64,000 bases of DNA from positions 9,052,001-9,116,000 of the forward strand of contig OX597842.1 of assembly GCA_951406725.2 (NCBI GenBank). Reading direction: 5' to 3'. Both the position numbers and the translations under genes were made by a program. This stretch comes from Octopus vulgaris. Lineage: Eukaryota. Below are positions 1-14,588 of this stretch, piece by piece. Position 1 is the first letter of the stretch; each line of letters begins with the position of its first letter. Below the pieces are notes generated by a model, which saw only the letters and a program-made list of their open reading frames with translations, did no database searches and was not told the origin of the DNA.

Positions 1-490
1 CCTTATTATTTATATATATATATATACATACATACATATATTTTCATTCTCTCACTTTTTATTTTCTCTTATTCCTTTCCGTGGAAGAGCATAGGCTCAA
101 AATGTAAAAGACTTTTTCCTTTTTCCTGAGTATCAAACAAATACACTTGCTTATTGCTCATACACCTGTCTTCATCCTTTGTTTTTCTATATATGTATAT
201 GCGTGTGTATATATATATATTGATATATATATAGTGATATATATTGATATATATATATTGATATATTTGACTTCTTATTATTTGCTCTGTATTTAACTAA
301 TGCTTTTTCCTGATGTCTTGCAAACAAATTGCACATGCAAGTGCTACCAGTCAAGAACTCCACATACCAGAAGCCAGAAAGTGTATGGGGTCATCAGGAG
401 AGAATGCGTGCCGTTTCGGGGCCTACCTCTCAACAGCATCAATGTACATTGAGTTCTAACACCAGTTCTAACACTATGCCTAAGCAAGAT

Positions 491-534
<44 letters not shown>

Positions 535-671
535 TTCAGATGAATATGGTACTTAAGTTGAGGCACCAGAATTTAGTACGGTATTATCCATACAATTTCA
601 AAAGAAGGTGATTAAAATTAAAATAAGCAACAAGGATATCCTCTGGATATTCTTGTTGCTTATTTTGATTT

Positions 672-716
<45 letters not shown>

Positions 717-951
717 ACTTTCCATTTGTCGTGCTCGCTTACGTTCTGGTGTTTGCTAAATTTTTCTTGAGAACTTTTCTTAGTAGTAAGATCATAACGG
801 ATCTACTTCTAGCATAAGGGTTGTCCACATAGTGGTCCTCCCTCTCATAGGTATATAATACAATTTTCTAAACCTTCAAATTTTAATATGCTAGACCACT
901 GGTGTTAAATTGATGTTAATTAGATAAATATCCAATTTCTCACCCTCATTT

Positions 952-997
<46 letters not shown>

Positions 998-1037
998 TGT
1001 GTATGTGTGTGTGTGCAGTTAAGTACATGTATATATG

Positions 1038-1096
<59 letters not shown>

Positions 1097-1351
1097 TTAT
1101 GGTTGGATGTATGTATATCCATGTGTATGTGTGTGTATGTATATACATACATATATATATGATACATAATATATATGATATATATATATACATACATATA
1201 TGTATGATATATAATATATACATACATATATATGATATAAATATACATACATAGATACATATGATATATGTATATACATATATACATACATATATGTACA
1301 TATACCACCTATATACATATATATATAATATACATGTAATATATGTGTATG

Positions 1352-1385
<34 letters not shown>

Positions 1386-1402
1386 TTCAGATGTGTACTG
1401 AG

Positions 1403-1494
1403 GATGAATGATGAACACTGATGAATGACGACGAATGAGTGGTGAAGAGTGACGAAGAACGAACGAACGAATGATGAATGTTGAGAGAGGTGAA
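1403..1494 (-). promoter_or_regulatory. YCAY cluster just downstream of exon D2 donor (candidate Nova/Pasilla splicing element)
   Basis: About 12 TCAT/TCAC/CCAC motifs within about 100 nt on the transcribed strand; not a simple microsatellite. Confidence 0.4.
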
Positions 1495-1500
1495 ATATAC

Positions 1501-1567
1501 CGTGAGCGTCTCTGTAGTAAGCATTGGTTACACTGCGGAATCTTTCTTGTCCAGCCGTGTCCCAGAT
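1501..1567 (-). CDS. RAB26/RAB37: Switch-II exon variant D2: [22 protein letters not shown](+G)
   Basis: 67 nt, phase 0/1; strong pyrimidine tract and acceptor cacttcCAG, donor GTATAT; closest to canonical Rab26 SVTHAYYRDAH. Confidence 0.92.
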
Positions 1568-2801
1568 CTGGAAGTGAGAGAACATAAAGAGACAGAGAGA
1601 CAGAGAGAGGCAGACAGAGAGTGAGAGGGAGCGTGAGAGGGAGAGGGATTGGGTGAGTGTGTGCGTGCTGGTGAGAAATATTAGGTGTATGCTCAGAGAG
1701 AGGGAGCGAGGAGTGAAGGAGAGAGGGAGAGGGGGAGAGTGAGGGAGGGAGGGAAGAGAAAGAGGTGGAGATAGAGGTGGTGTGAGGGAGAGAGGGAGAT
1801 AGAATGAAACAGATAGAAAGGTGAGGTGTGTAACAGGGAGAGAGTGAGGAAGAGAGGGAAGAGAGGGGGAGAGAAAAGATAAGAGAGGGAGGGAGGGAAG
1901 AGAGGGAGAGAGGGGGAGAGAGGGGGGAGAGAGAGAGGGAGGAGGGGTGGGAAGAGAAAGAGGAAATAGAGAGGTGGTGTGAGGGAGAGAGGAAGACAGA
2001 AAGAAACAGATAGAAAGGGGTGGTGTGAGACAGGGAGAAAGTGAGGGAAGAGAGGGAGAGAGAGGGAGGAAGAGAGGGAGAGGGAAACAGAGTGAGGGAG
2101 AGAGGAGGAAATTGAGAGGTGAGGGGATGGAGAGAGAGGAAGAGAGGCAGACAGAAACAGATAGAGAGGGGAAAAGTGAGACAGGTAGAAAGAGAGGAAA
2201 GGAGAGGGTGAGAGGGGAAGAGGAAGAAATAGGGAAGTTGAGAAGATAAGGGTTTGAGAGGAAGTAGGGGGAGGTAGGGGAAGTGAGGGAGGGGAAGCAA
2301 GGGAAGGAGAGACTGGTAGAGAGAGGAGGAGATAGGGATATTGAGAAGGTAAGGGTTTAAGAGATGTTGTGTGGGAGAGAAAGAGAGTAGCAGATAGAGA
2401 CAGAGAAAAACAGAGAGATGGAGAGAGAGAGAGAGCGGGGAGAAAGGAAGAGAGATGGGGAGAGAAAAAGGAGGAGATAGAGATGTTGAGAAGATAAGGG
2501 TTTGAGAGGTGTTGGAGATAGAAGGGGGAAAACCGAGACAGAGAGAAACATAAAGATGGAGAGAGGTGGGAGAGAAGAGGAGAGAGATAGGGAGAGTGAG
2601 GAGATAGGGATATTGAGAAGATAAAGGTTTGAGAGGTGATCGGAGGGAGGGAGAGGGGAGAGAAAGAAGAGAAGGTAAAGGTTTGAGAAATGCTGGAGAG
2701 AGAGAGAGGGGGAGAGAGGAGGGGGAAAAACAGAGGCTGGGAGAGAGAGAGAGGGGAGGGAGAGAAATAGTGATATATATATGTGTTTGTGTGTGTGTGT
2801 G

Positions 2802-2844
<43 letters not shown>

Positions 2845-3297
2845 GTGTATGTATATATATACACACACACACAAAGATATATATACATATATATATAGAC
2901 ATATACATACACACGCACACACATGTATATATCTAAGTATGTATGTATATATGTGTGCATGTATGTATGTGTGTATATGTTTGTATGAACATATGTGTGT
3001 ATTTATAATTATGTAGAGAAGGAGAGCAAGAGAAAGAGAGAGAGAGTGAAACACACACTCACAAATAAATATATCTATACATATATATATACATATTATA
3101 TATACTTAGATAATATATACATGTACATACATACATATATATATGTACTTACATATACCTATATATACATATATATATATATATACACACACACATATAT
3201 ATGTGTATGTATATATATATATATACATACATATGTGTATGTGTGCATATATATATATATATTAGAAGGTTTGGAGGTGATGTACAGGTGGTATTAT

Positions 3298-3536
3298 ATA
3301 TTAGAAGAAATAAGGTGCTCAGAAATCTGGATGGTTTTATGTTTACAAATTTTTATTAATACGTCACGTTTTTATAAATTATATATTAGCGCTTGCATCC
3401 ACTCTAGTGGATTCTTCAGATTCTACTAGAGTAGATGCAAGTGCTAATATATGATTTATAAAAACATGTAACGTATTAATAAAAATCTGTAAATATAAAA
3501 TCATCCGGATTTCTGAGTCCCTTATTTCTTCTAATA
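3298..3536. repeat. Diverged fold-back hairpin, arms about 110 bp
   Basis: ttagaagaaataagg...ctctagt / actagag...ccttatttcttctaa. Confidence 0.8.
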
Positions 3537-3928
3537 AGTATAAATATATTTACAAATTGAGATAGGGGTAGTTGATCATTGATTAAGATGTGTTTCTCCA
3601 TTTTCTTATTTTGTATATATATATTTATATAATTTATATAACTATGAACATATACTTTTTAACAAAAATTGGTAAAGTACAATTTTCACATATAATTCAT
3701 AAGGGAATACTGATTTATATGAGAAATCACATTTCTTCTGATTTTTATTCTAAGAATGTTGCTCTCAACATTGTAGCCAATTCTGTGTATACATGCAAGT
3801 TTGTTCCAGCATGCTTCACTGATCTCATAAATGCCAAGGATATATTTTAAGATGTTTCAACATCAGTTCACTATACATATCTATATACACACATACATAC
3901 ATACACATATATGCACAAATATATATAT

Positions 3929-3990
<62 letters not shown>

Positions 3991-4577
3991 GTTTGTTCCT
4001 TTTTGAGCCATGCTTGGCTTATAAGGGCCGGTTTCCTGGTTTCCTTGGCATATAGGTTCCCCACCTGGACGGGACACCAGTCCATCGCAGGTGAGCTGCA
4101 AGATGCAGGAGGAAAGAGTGAGAGAAAGTTCTGGTGAAAGAGTCAGCAGAGGTTCGCCATTACCTTCTTCCAGAGCCATGTGGAGCTTAGGTGTTTCGCT
4201 CAAAAACACACGTATAGCCCGGTCTGAGATTCGAACCCGCGTTCCCTCAACCGTGAGTCCACTGCTCTAACCACTAGGCCATGTGCATACATATACATTC
4301 ATATGTACATATATACACACACATACATATATTTATATATACACACACACCTATGTTTTTAGAAGCATTGAGATGTATCTTTTATCCTCAAATGCGTGAT
4401 AATGCTAATAAAATAGCATGATCAGGATAATTTATCCATACATTGCAGAAAAATACGTTACTAGCCAGCCATGAGACTTGAACTCACATCCCTGTGATTA
4501 TGCATCAAGTGCTTTACCATTAAGCTAAACTGCCCAGTAACAAATTCTTCTACAATTTTAGAACTTATAAATTTAAC

Positions 4578-4612
<35 letters not shown>

Positions 4613-4910
4613 GCACATACACACACATATACATATATAAATACATGCATATACATACATATATATACATGCAAATACATGCATACATGCAGACACACAC
4701 ACACAGAGGCAGGGCTGTGTTGTAAAATGCTGGTTTCCCAACCATATGGTTTTCAGTTCTGTCCCACTATTAGCAATTTAGGCAAGTGTGTTCTGCTGTA
4801 GCCTGGGCCTACCAAAGCCTTGTGAATGAATTTGGTAGATAGAAATGGAAAGAAGCCCATAGTATACATATATATGTGTCGGCAGAGGTGGGGATGAACG
4901 GATGTATGTG

Positions 4911-5782
4911 TATGTACGCTGAAAAGGTCATGAGGAATGCAGGCCTGGAGGATAGCAGCATTGGAGTGAGGATTGGAGGAAGAAATATTAATAACCTTCG
5001 CTATGCAGATGATACAACCCTGCTGGCAGAGAGTGGTAAGGATCTGGAGGATCTTGTCCTGCTGGTCAAGAAAGGGAGTAAGAAATTTGGGCTGCACCTC
5101 AATGTTAAGAAAACGAAGATCATGTCAACAGCAGCCACAACAAACATCAGCATCAAGATCGATAATGAAGAGATCGAAGTGGTTGATGATTTCATCTTCC
5201 TTGGCTCCAAAATAAATCGAGATGGTGACTGCACTCCAGAAATAAGACGGCAGATAGTACTAGGCAGAGAGGCAATGGTCAGCATGAGCAGGGTCTGGAA
5301 GAGTAGAGACATCTGACTCGCTACCAAATGCAGATTGGTGAATGCAATTGTCTTCCCAATAGCAACATATGGATGCGAGACCTGGACACTAAAGAAAGCT
5401 GACCAGAAGAGAATTAATGCATTCGAACTTTGGTGTTGGAGAAGACTTTTACGGATTCCATGGACAGTGAGGCTCACCAATGGAGAAGTTCTTAAGCAGA
5501 TCAGGCCGAAAATGTCGTTAGAAGCTAGAATCACCAAGCATAGATTGGCATATTTTGGTCATATTATGCGGAGAACATCCCTGGAGAAGGACATCATGCT
5601 CGGAATGGTCAGTGGCAAGAGAGGAAGAGGCCGACCAAGAACCCACTGGCTTGACACCATCAAGAGTGATACCAGAATTGACATGGCCAATCTGAAGGAA
5701 GCGGCCCAGGATAGAACTGACTGGAGGACACTATTCCATCGAGTAACCAAGAGTCAACTTCGTCTGAGCGGTTAGATAGATA
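4911..5782 (+). mobile_element. 5'-truncated RTE-clade LINE (RT C-terminal half), one in-frame stop at 5314-5316
   Basis: NINNLRYADDTTL, FIFLGS, YGCETWTL...AFELWCWRRLL, GKRGRGRP; short (taga)n tail. Confidence 0.92.
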
Positions 5783-6173
5783 GTATATGTGTGTACATGC
5801 TTGTATTTATGTCTTATTGTCTCCTTGCCTTGGCATTCTGTGATGGCTGTAAACGAGTCTCACTGCCATACAAGCAGTGCCCTTAATTTCCAGTCTGCCA
5901 TGAAACATGTCTGGTTACGGAGATATATTACTTTGCATGGAAATAGGTGAGAGTTGTCAACAGGAAGGGCATCTGGCTTTTAAAACAATCCAACTCATTA
6001 AATTCCGTCTGACCCATACAAGTTTGGAAAAGTGGGTGTTAAAATCATGATGATGATGATGATGATTATGATGATATGTATGAATTTATACATATATATA
6101 TGTGTGCTCATGAGTGTATACATATATGTGTGTGTGTGTGTGTGCATATATATATATGTATATATATATGTGC

Positions 6174-6216
<43 letters not shown>

Positions 6217-6248
6217 CATATATATATATATGTGTATATATATATATG

Positions 6249-6328
<80 letters not shown>

Positions 6329-6329
6329 G

Positions 6330-6393
<64 letters not shown>

Positions 6394-7190
6394 GGCTTCT
6401 TTCAGTTTCCGTCTACCAAATCCACTCACAAGGCTTTGCTCAACCTGAGGCTATAGTAGAAGACACTTGCCCAAGGTGACACGCAGTGGAATAGAATTTG
6501 GAACCCTGTGGTTGGGAAAGAGAGACAGACAGACAGAATGAGAAGACAGAATACAGAAGTTGTGTTTGTGTATATTTGTATATTTCTGTGAGGGAGATAC
6601 TGACAGGAAACAAAGGATGAAGAGTGGGGATAATAAAGGGGGGGAGAGAGAGCCAGTAAGAAGGGAGTAGGAGTGTAGAAAGGGTGAGTGGAGACAGGGC
6701 GAGAGAAGAAGAGGAGAGGAAGAGAGAGAGGAAGGGGAGAGTGAGAGAGGAAGAGGAAAGTGAAAGAGAAAGAGATACATGATGAGAGATATATAGGTGC
6801 AGGCATGGTTCAGTGGTTAAGAGACTTGCTTACCAACAATGTAGCCTTGAGTTCAGTCTCACAGCATGCCACCCCAAATGTTTTCTGTTATAGTCCCGAT
6901 CTCATTAAAGCCTTACAAGTGGATTCATTAGATGGAAGCTAAAAAAGAAGCCTTTTGGATATATACATCGCTCATGTGGCAAGTTATCTACCCTGACAAT
7001 ATATATAAATATGCTTTTATGCAGCTATAAGTGGTTTCACTCTTAGTTCTAAGGCAACATATGTGCTTCTAGCACACACAGTCACAATTAGTAAAAACTA
7101 ATTTTTGTGGTTCATACAGAAATTAAAGAAGGAAAATGCACACACTTTACATAATTTTCATATAATTTGTAATATATCTTATATTGTGTT

Positions 7191-7223
7191 TGTCGACCGG
7201 TTTCGTTTTTGCTATTCATGACA
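7191..7223 (-). ncRNA. Minimal hammerhead-like motif, A3-U8 core variant (partner copy 8532-8564, +)
   Basis: tgtc-ATGAATA-gc(aaaa)ac-GAA-ACCGGT-C-gaca; the partner has stem II gc(aaaa)gc but core CTGAATA; palindromic ACCGGU stem III. Confidence 0.45.
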
Positions 7224-7407
7224 TTAAAATTTATTTAAATATGTATTTTCGTAAGAAAAAATTTTTTGTCCATGTTGTGTGTGGAGTTTTATGAATGAAC
7301 GATTTTGCATATGTGGTTTATACTGTGCCTGGCTGTCCACATCAATTTTACACAATGTATATAAATATATATATATATATATCTATATATATTTATTATA
7401 TAGAAGG

Positions 7408-7458
7408 AGCTTCTACAGGACTAGAACTGTTTCATTCAAGAGAAATCTTCAGGAAGCT
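7408..7458 (-). ncRNA. Type-I hammerhead motif, inverted identical copy of 8284-8334 (sense to the Rab pre-mRNA)
   Basis: Exact reverse complement of 8284-8334. Confidence 0.7.
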
Positions 7459-7932
7459 AGTTAACAAGAATTGTATTGGCATTTATACATTTAGGCAGGT
7501 TTAAAGGGGTGTTGGTGGGGGACTTTTGGGGGTAGGCATAGCGCAAAATATCATACTTGGGGGAGTGGTCAAGGAGTCAGTGTTAAATTAGATAGAAGAA
7601 TAAATAAAAAATAAAAAAATATATAAATAAAAAAAAATATATATATAAAAAGGGGGAATAGAGTTTTAGGTAAATAAGGAGATTCTCACTTATACCTATG
7701 CACATATGTATACATATATACACACGCATACAAACATATATACATATACATACACACATACATACACACACATATATATATACATATATATATATATACA
7801 CTTACACATACATATACATATCTACACATACACATATATGTATACATACACACACTCACATGCATACATATACATATATATATATATATACACACATGTG
7901 TATGTGTAGATATGTATATGTATGTGTAAGTG

Positions 7933-7967
<35 letters not shown>

Positions 7968-8283
7968 ATGTATGTGTGTATGTATATGTATATATGTTTG
8001 TATGCGTGTGTATATATGTATACATATGTGCATAGGTATAAGTGAGAATCTCCTTATTTACCTAAAACTCTATTCCCCCCTTTTTTTTATATATATATAT
8101 TTTTTTATTTTTTTATTTTTTATTTTTTTATTTTTTATTTATTCTTCTATCTAATTTAACACTGACTCCTTGACCACTCCCCAAGTATGATATTTTGCGC
8201 TATGCCTACCCCCAAAATGTCCCCCACCAACACCCCTTTAAACCTGCCTAAATGTATAAATGCCAATACAATTCTTGTTAACT

Positions 8284-8334
8284 AGCTTCCTGAAGATTTC
8301 TCTTGAATGAAACAGTTCTAGTCCTGTAGAAGCT
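8284..8334 (+). ncRNA. Type-I hammerhead ribozyme motif, C3-G8 core
   Basis: agcttc-CTGAAGA-tttc(tctt)gaat-GAA-acag(ttctagtc)ctgt-a-gaagct: 6-bp stem I, 4-bp stem III, GUA triplet; U-U at base of stem II. Confidence 0.7.
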
Positions 8335-8965
8335 CCTTCTATATAATAAATTAATTTTACTCTGCTATGTATTGAGTACCTTATTTACTGTGGTTAACCC
8401 CGAATCAACCCGGGACCTACATATATCTATATATATATATATATATATATATATAGATCATTCATTCATAAACTTTACACACAACATGGACAAAAAATTC
8501 TTAAGAAAATATGTATCTAATTAAATTTTAATGTCCTGAATAGCAAAAGCGAAACCGGTTGACCAACACAATACAAGGTATATTAAAAATTAAATGAAAA
8601 CTATGTAAAGTGTGTGCATTTCCCTTCTTTAATTTCTTATATATTACAACTCACCACGTGGGGATAATCGAAATTCTTCCCTTTTTATTACTACATATCT
8701 ATGCATATAAATTTGACATGGGCAATTCTTTCTTGTCTTGAGATTCACAGTCAAACGGCTGGGTGGAATTGCATGAAAAATGACACAGAGGTGTAGAATG
8801 ATCTGGTGGTGTTGCTGGGCTTTGTATTTTTTCATAGCTCCCATGGTTACCGAGATGATCTACTATAATAATACCCTTGTATTTATGAATGAGAAAGGAA
8901 GGGGTGATAGATAATGTCGTTCAATGATGAGTGAGTTGCTTGAAGGTGATTCTGACTCTTAAAGC

Positions 8966-9007
<42 letters not shown>

Positions 9008-9009
9008 AG

Positions 9010-9245
9010 GGTGAAGGCACATGGCTCAATGGTTAGAGCGTCGACCTTATGATCGTGAGGTTGTGAGTTCGATTCCCGGACCGGGCTGTGTGTTGTGTTC
9101 TTGAGCAAGACACTTTATTTCACATTCCTCCAGTTCACTCAGCTGTAGAAATGAGTTTCGACATCACTGGTGCCAAGCTGTATCAGCCCTTTTGCCTTTC
9201 CCTTGGATAACACTGGTGGCGTGGAGAGGGGAGGCCGGTATGCAT
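9010..9245 (+). mobile_element. tRNA-derived SINE, third family (relatives about 3995-4285 and 49265-49505, minus)
   Basis: tggctcaatggttagagc...gagttcgattccc head followed by cttgagcaagacac core. Confidence 0.7.
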
Positions 9246-9315
9246 GGACGTGTACCATGGATGGTAACTTTCTAGGTGCAATCTCATGGTTATTCATGAC
9301 TGAAGGGGGTCTCTC

Positions 9316-9403
<88 letters not shown>

Positions 9404-9724
9404 ATATATACACACACACACTCGATATTTCTGGTGCTGATGCCACATAAAAAGCATCCAGTACACTTTTTAAAGTGGTTGGTGTTTGGAAAGGCATCAT
9501 ACTGCAGAATCTAAGCCAAAGCAGATACTGGAGCCTTGGTGCAGTTCTTTGGCTAGCCAGTTCCTGATGAAACGTCCAACATGGGCCAGCATGGGAAATG
9601 AAAGATATATGATGATGGTGATAATGATGATGAAGATGATGGTGATGACGACGATGATGATGATGATGGTAAGTACTTAAATATGAGCTACTACTAGTTT
9701 CATATTGTGCAAACACAATAAACT

Positions 9725-9838
<114 letters not shown>

Positions 9839-9864
9839 CATATATATCTATGCATGTATGTATG

Positions 9865-9903
<39 letters not shown>

Positions 9904-9959
9904 TTATATATATATATATGTGTGTGTATGTATGTATATATATATATATATACACACAC

Positions 9960-9992
<33 letters not shown>

Positions 9993-11255
9993 TATTTGTG
10001 TATATATGTATGGGGGGCGTATGCATGCATTGAAAACAGATGTTAAATGATGATGATGATATATATATATATATATATAGCCATATATTTATATATGCGC
10101 ACACATACATATACATGTGTGTATAACTATATACATGTAATGTGTATTATATGCATTCGTATATGTGTATGTGTACAACTGTGTGCATGTACTAGTGAAA
10201 ATATAATAAACATAAAAAAACAACACAGGAAGAACAAAGTCTGACAAATAAAGTATTAGCTTAACACTTCAATGGAAAGAGGAAGTGTCTTGATATTTTG
10301 AGCGTTAGCCCTTCATCTAAAACAAAGAAAGAGTGAAAAATAGAAAGAAAAAGAAAGAATAATAGTCAAAGAAAAGAATATATAAAAAATACTGGTTTAG
10401 GGTCAGAAACCTAGTGGGATAGCTGTTCTATGTGAGTGGGAGTTAAGATGAGAAGAAGGGATCTGTGTGTAGATACAAGTTTATGGGGTTAGTTAGTGTA
10501 GAACCTTCAACAAAAATGCTAAAGTAACACTTCATACATTTGCAAGTGTTTATGTTTGTGTATGTGTAAGTGTGTATGTGTGTGCATGTATGTGTATGTG
10601 TGTGTATATGTCTATGTATGAGTGTGTATAAGTACGTATATATATGTATGTACATGTCTCTGTGTATATATACGTGTGCATATATATATATGTATATATG
10701 TGTGTGTATATGTATATATATGTATATCTTTACAGAGAGATAGAATCTATATATATCTATAGATAGATAGATATGTACACACATACACACACATAACTGG
10801 CTTCTTTCAGTTTCTGTCTACCAAATCCACTCACAAGGCTTTGGTCAGCCCAAAGCTATAATAGAAAACACTTGACCAAGGTGCCACGCAGTGGGACTGA
10901 ACCCAGAACCATGTGTTTGGGAAGGAAGCTTCTTACCACACGGCCACAGCTATGCTTATATATATGATGAGTTTCTTTTAGTTTCTGTCTACCAAATCCA
11001 CTCACAAGGCTTTGGTCAGCCCAAGGCTACAATAAAAGACACTTGCTCAAGGTTCCACGAGAGCCAGTCAGGCAGTACTGGCAACGGCCACACTCTAATG
11101 GTGTCTTTTATGTGCCAACTGCACAGGAGCCAGTCCAGCGGCACTGACAACAATCTCGCTCGAACGTATTTTCACGTGCCACCAGCACAAGTGCCAGCAA
11201 GGTGTCGCTGGTAATGCTCACGCTTGAATGGTGACTCTTTTACTCGTTTCAGTTA

Positions 11256-11287
<32 letters not shown>

Positions 11288-11376
11288 CATCTTTTGACAA
11301 TCCAGAGACAGAAGACAGACAGATAGAGAGAGAGGTGCAGGAACAAGAGAAGGGATAGGAAGAGGAAGAGAAAATA

Positions 11377-11417
<41 letters not shown>

Positions 11418-12248
11418 AGTAGTAAGTAGTTGTAGTAGCAAGAGGCTGTGTAATGGTAGCAGGAAGAGGAGGTGTAGCAACAGTAGAAGTGGTAAAAGCA
11501 GGAGGAGGTACAGAGGAGGTGGAAGTAGCAGGAGGTGAGAGTAAGAGGAGAAGATGTAGTGAAAGTGGTGGGAGTAGTAAAAGGAAGTACAGAGGTAGTG
11601 GCAGTGGCAGGAGGAGGTGCAGTGAGTGGCAGTGGCAGGAGAAGGTATAGTGAGAGCAGGAGTAGCAAGTAAGTAAGTGGCAGTAAGAGATGTAGAAGTG
11701 GCAGTGGTGGTAAGAGTAGTAGTAGCAGGAGGAGGAGACGGTATAGAGGTGGCGGTAGTTGTAGCAGGAAGAGCAGGAGTAGGAGGAGGTATATATGTGG
11801 TGATAGTGGTAACAGGAAGAGGTATAGAAAAGGTGGCAGTAATAGCAGCAGGAGGAGCAGGAGTAGGAGGAGGTATAGATGTGGTGATAGTGGTAGCAGG
11901 AAGAGGTATAGAAAAGGCGGCAGTAGTAGTAGCAGGAGGAGCGGGAGTAGGAGGAGGTATAGATGTGGTGATAGTGGTAGCAGGAAGAGGTATAGAAAAG
12001 GCGGCAGTAGTAGTAGCAGGAGGAGGAGGAGATGTAGTGAGTGTGGTAGGAGGAGTAGCGCTAACAGAGCAGAAAGAGGCGTTGCAGGAGGAGGAGTTTA
12101 GGATAGGAGGAGGAGTTTAGGATCAGAGGAGGAGTTTAGGATTGGAGGAGGAGTTTAGCAGAAAGGATTGGATTAGTTGCAATAGTAATAACAATGGTAA
12201 TGCTAATAGTAGTAGTAATGGTAGTAATGGTAGTAGTAGTAGTAGTAT

Positions 12249-12454
<206 letters not shown>

Positions 12455-12848
12455 CTACTGCCACAGCTACTTCAACTACCATCAACACCACAGCAACAAC
12501 GACAACAACAACTGCTAGACTATGAGTGTTATTACTAAACTGACACCACCACCACCACCACCACTGCCACAACCACCACCACCACCACAACCACCACTAC
12601 TGTGATTTACACCAGCACCATCACCATCACCATTGACAACACTATTTTACTCTTTTAGTTGTTTCAGTCATGTGACTGTGGCCATGCTGGAGCACCGCCT
12701 TTAGTCAAGCAAATCGACCCCAGGACTTATCCTTTGTAAGCCCAGTACTTATTCTATCGGTCTCTTTTGCCGAACCGCTAAGTTACGGGGACGTAACCAC
12801 ACCAGCATCGGTTGTCAAGCAATGTTGGGGAGACAAACATATACACAC

Positions 12849-12882
<34 letters not shown>

Positions 12883-13081
12883 GATGGGCTTCTTTCAGTT
12901 TCCGTCTACCAAATCCACTCACAAGGTTTTGGTCGGCCTGAGGCTATTGGTCTCTTTTGCCGAACCGCTAAGTTATGGGGACGTAAACACACCAGCATCA
13001 ATTGTCAAGCGACGTTGGTGGGGACAAACACAGACACACAAACATATACAAACACACAAACATACACACATACATATATAT

Positions 13082-13118
<37 letters not shown>

Positions 13119-13709
13119 CGACAGGCTTCCTTCAATTTCTGTCTACCAAATCCACTCACAAAGCTTTGGTCGGCCCAAGGCTATAGTAGAAGACACTTGC
13201 CCAAGATGCCACGCAGTGGGACTGAACCTGGAACCATGTGGTTCATAAGCAAGCTACTTACCACACAGCCACGCCTACGCCTATAAAGCCACTGATTTAT
13301 GAGATAAAAGGAGGCGAGGCATGGCTTATGTAATGTAAGTGCAGTACTTTGGTCTGAGATGGCCAGAACAGCTGGACAGCTTACAGTAATTTCTGACTGA
13401 CCGATAAAATGATGGTTTTGAACCATCATCACCGTCATCGTCGTCGTCGTCATCATCATCATCATCATTCTCATCATCAACATCATTGTCATCATCCTCA
13501 TCATAATCATCGTCATCATTCTCATCATCATCAGCATCATTGTCATCATTCTTATCATCATTGTCATCCTCATTATCATTCTCATCATAATCATCATCAT
13601 CATTTTCATCATCAGCATCATGATCATCATCAGCATCATGATCATCATCATCATTGTCATGTGCATGTGTATGTGTATGTGTGCATGCATGTGTGCGTGT
13701 GTGTATGTC

Positions 13710-14002
13710 ATGGAGTTGGAGTCAGAGTTGGAGTCATGGGGTCAGAGTCATGGAGTTGGAGTCAGAATCAGAGTTGTGGAGTCGGAGTCAAAGTTGTAGA
13801 GTTGGATTCAGAGTCATGGAATTGGAGTCAGAGTCGGAGTCATGAGGTCAGAGTCATGGAGTTGGAGTCAGAGTCGGAGTTGTGGAGTCAGAGTTGTAGA
13901 GTTGGAGTCAAAGTTCTAGAGTTGGAGTCAGAGTCATGGAGTTGAAGTCAGAGTCGGAGTCATGGAGTCAGAAACAATTAAGGAGCAGCTGGAGTCAGAG
14001 TC
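13710..14002. repeat. GGAGTC/AGAGTC minisatellite
   Basis: Tandem ggagttggagtcagagtcat units. Confidence 0.85.
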
Positions 14003-14487
14003 AACGTCAGTAAAACTATACTGACTCTGACTCACAATATCTTTATTCTTTAATATAAACCAGTTATAACATACAGGCCAACTCAAAGTACAAGCGTATG
14101 CATCTGCTGTATGACCAGAATCACTTAATTACACAAAAAGGAGGCAGAGTCAAAGCTTTTTGCTTCAATCCACAGCCCTGCTTCAAGCTACAGTAGAAGA
14201 CATTTGCCCAAGATGCCATGCAGTGGGATTGAACCTGATACCATTGCGGTTGGAAAGCAAACTCCTTAACCATACTACCATAAGCCATGCCTCACTTCCA
14301 AGCTCTCTCTCTCCTTCTCTCGCCCTATACATGCACACAAGCACATGTATATATACATGTATAATTTTTAATTAAAACTCAAATCACAAGACAAACTCTT
14401 AGCTTCAGTTTTGATTTTTATAAATCCATCGCCTCTACAATAATATGTATTGAGCACTCCTTCCCATTCATTAAAAACAAATAATGC

Positions 14488-14539
<52 letters not shown>

Positions 14540-14588
14540 AATACTAAATTTCTAAATCTCTCGTAGAGACATGTACAGTGGTGGGGCG

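Larger units (their letters stand above)
7391..8351. repeat. Near-perfect long inverted repeat (arms about 450 bp), nested inside an older inverted repeat (about 7118-7303 / 8457-8637)
   Basis: Arms read as reverse complements, including the internal microsatellite pattern; outer arms more diverged. Confidence 0.92.

Noticed and set aside
891-3054. 689-aa and 453-aa minus-strand ORFs
   Set aside because: Translations of CT-rich and TA/CA microsatellites; only 1501-1567 is a real exon, and in a different frame.
9010-9085. tRNA gene
   Set aside because: tRNA-like head continues into a SINE core; no full cloverleaf.
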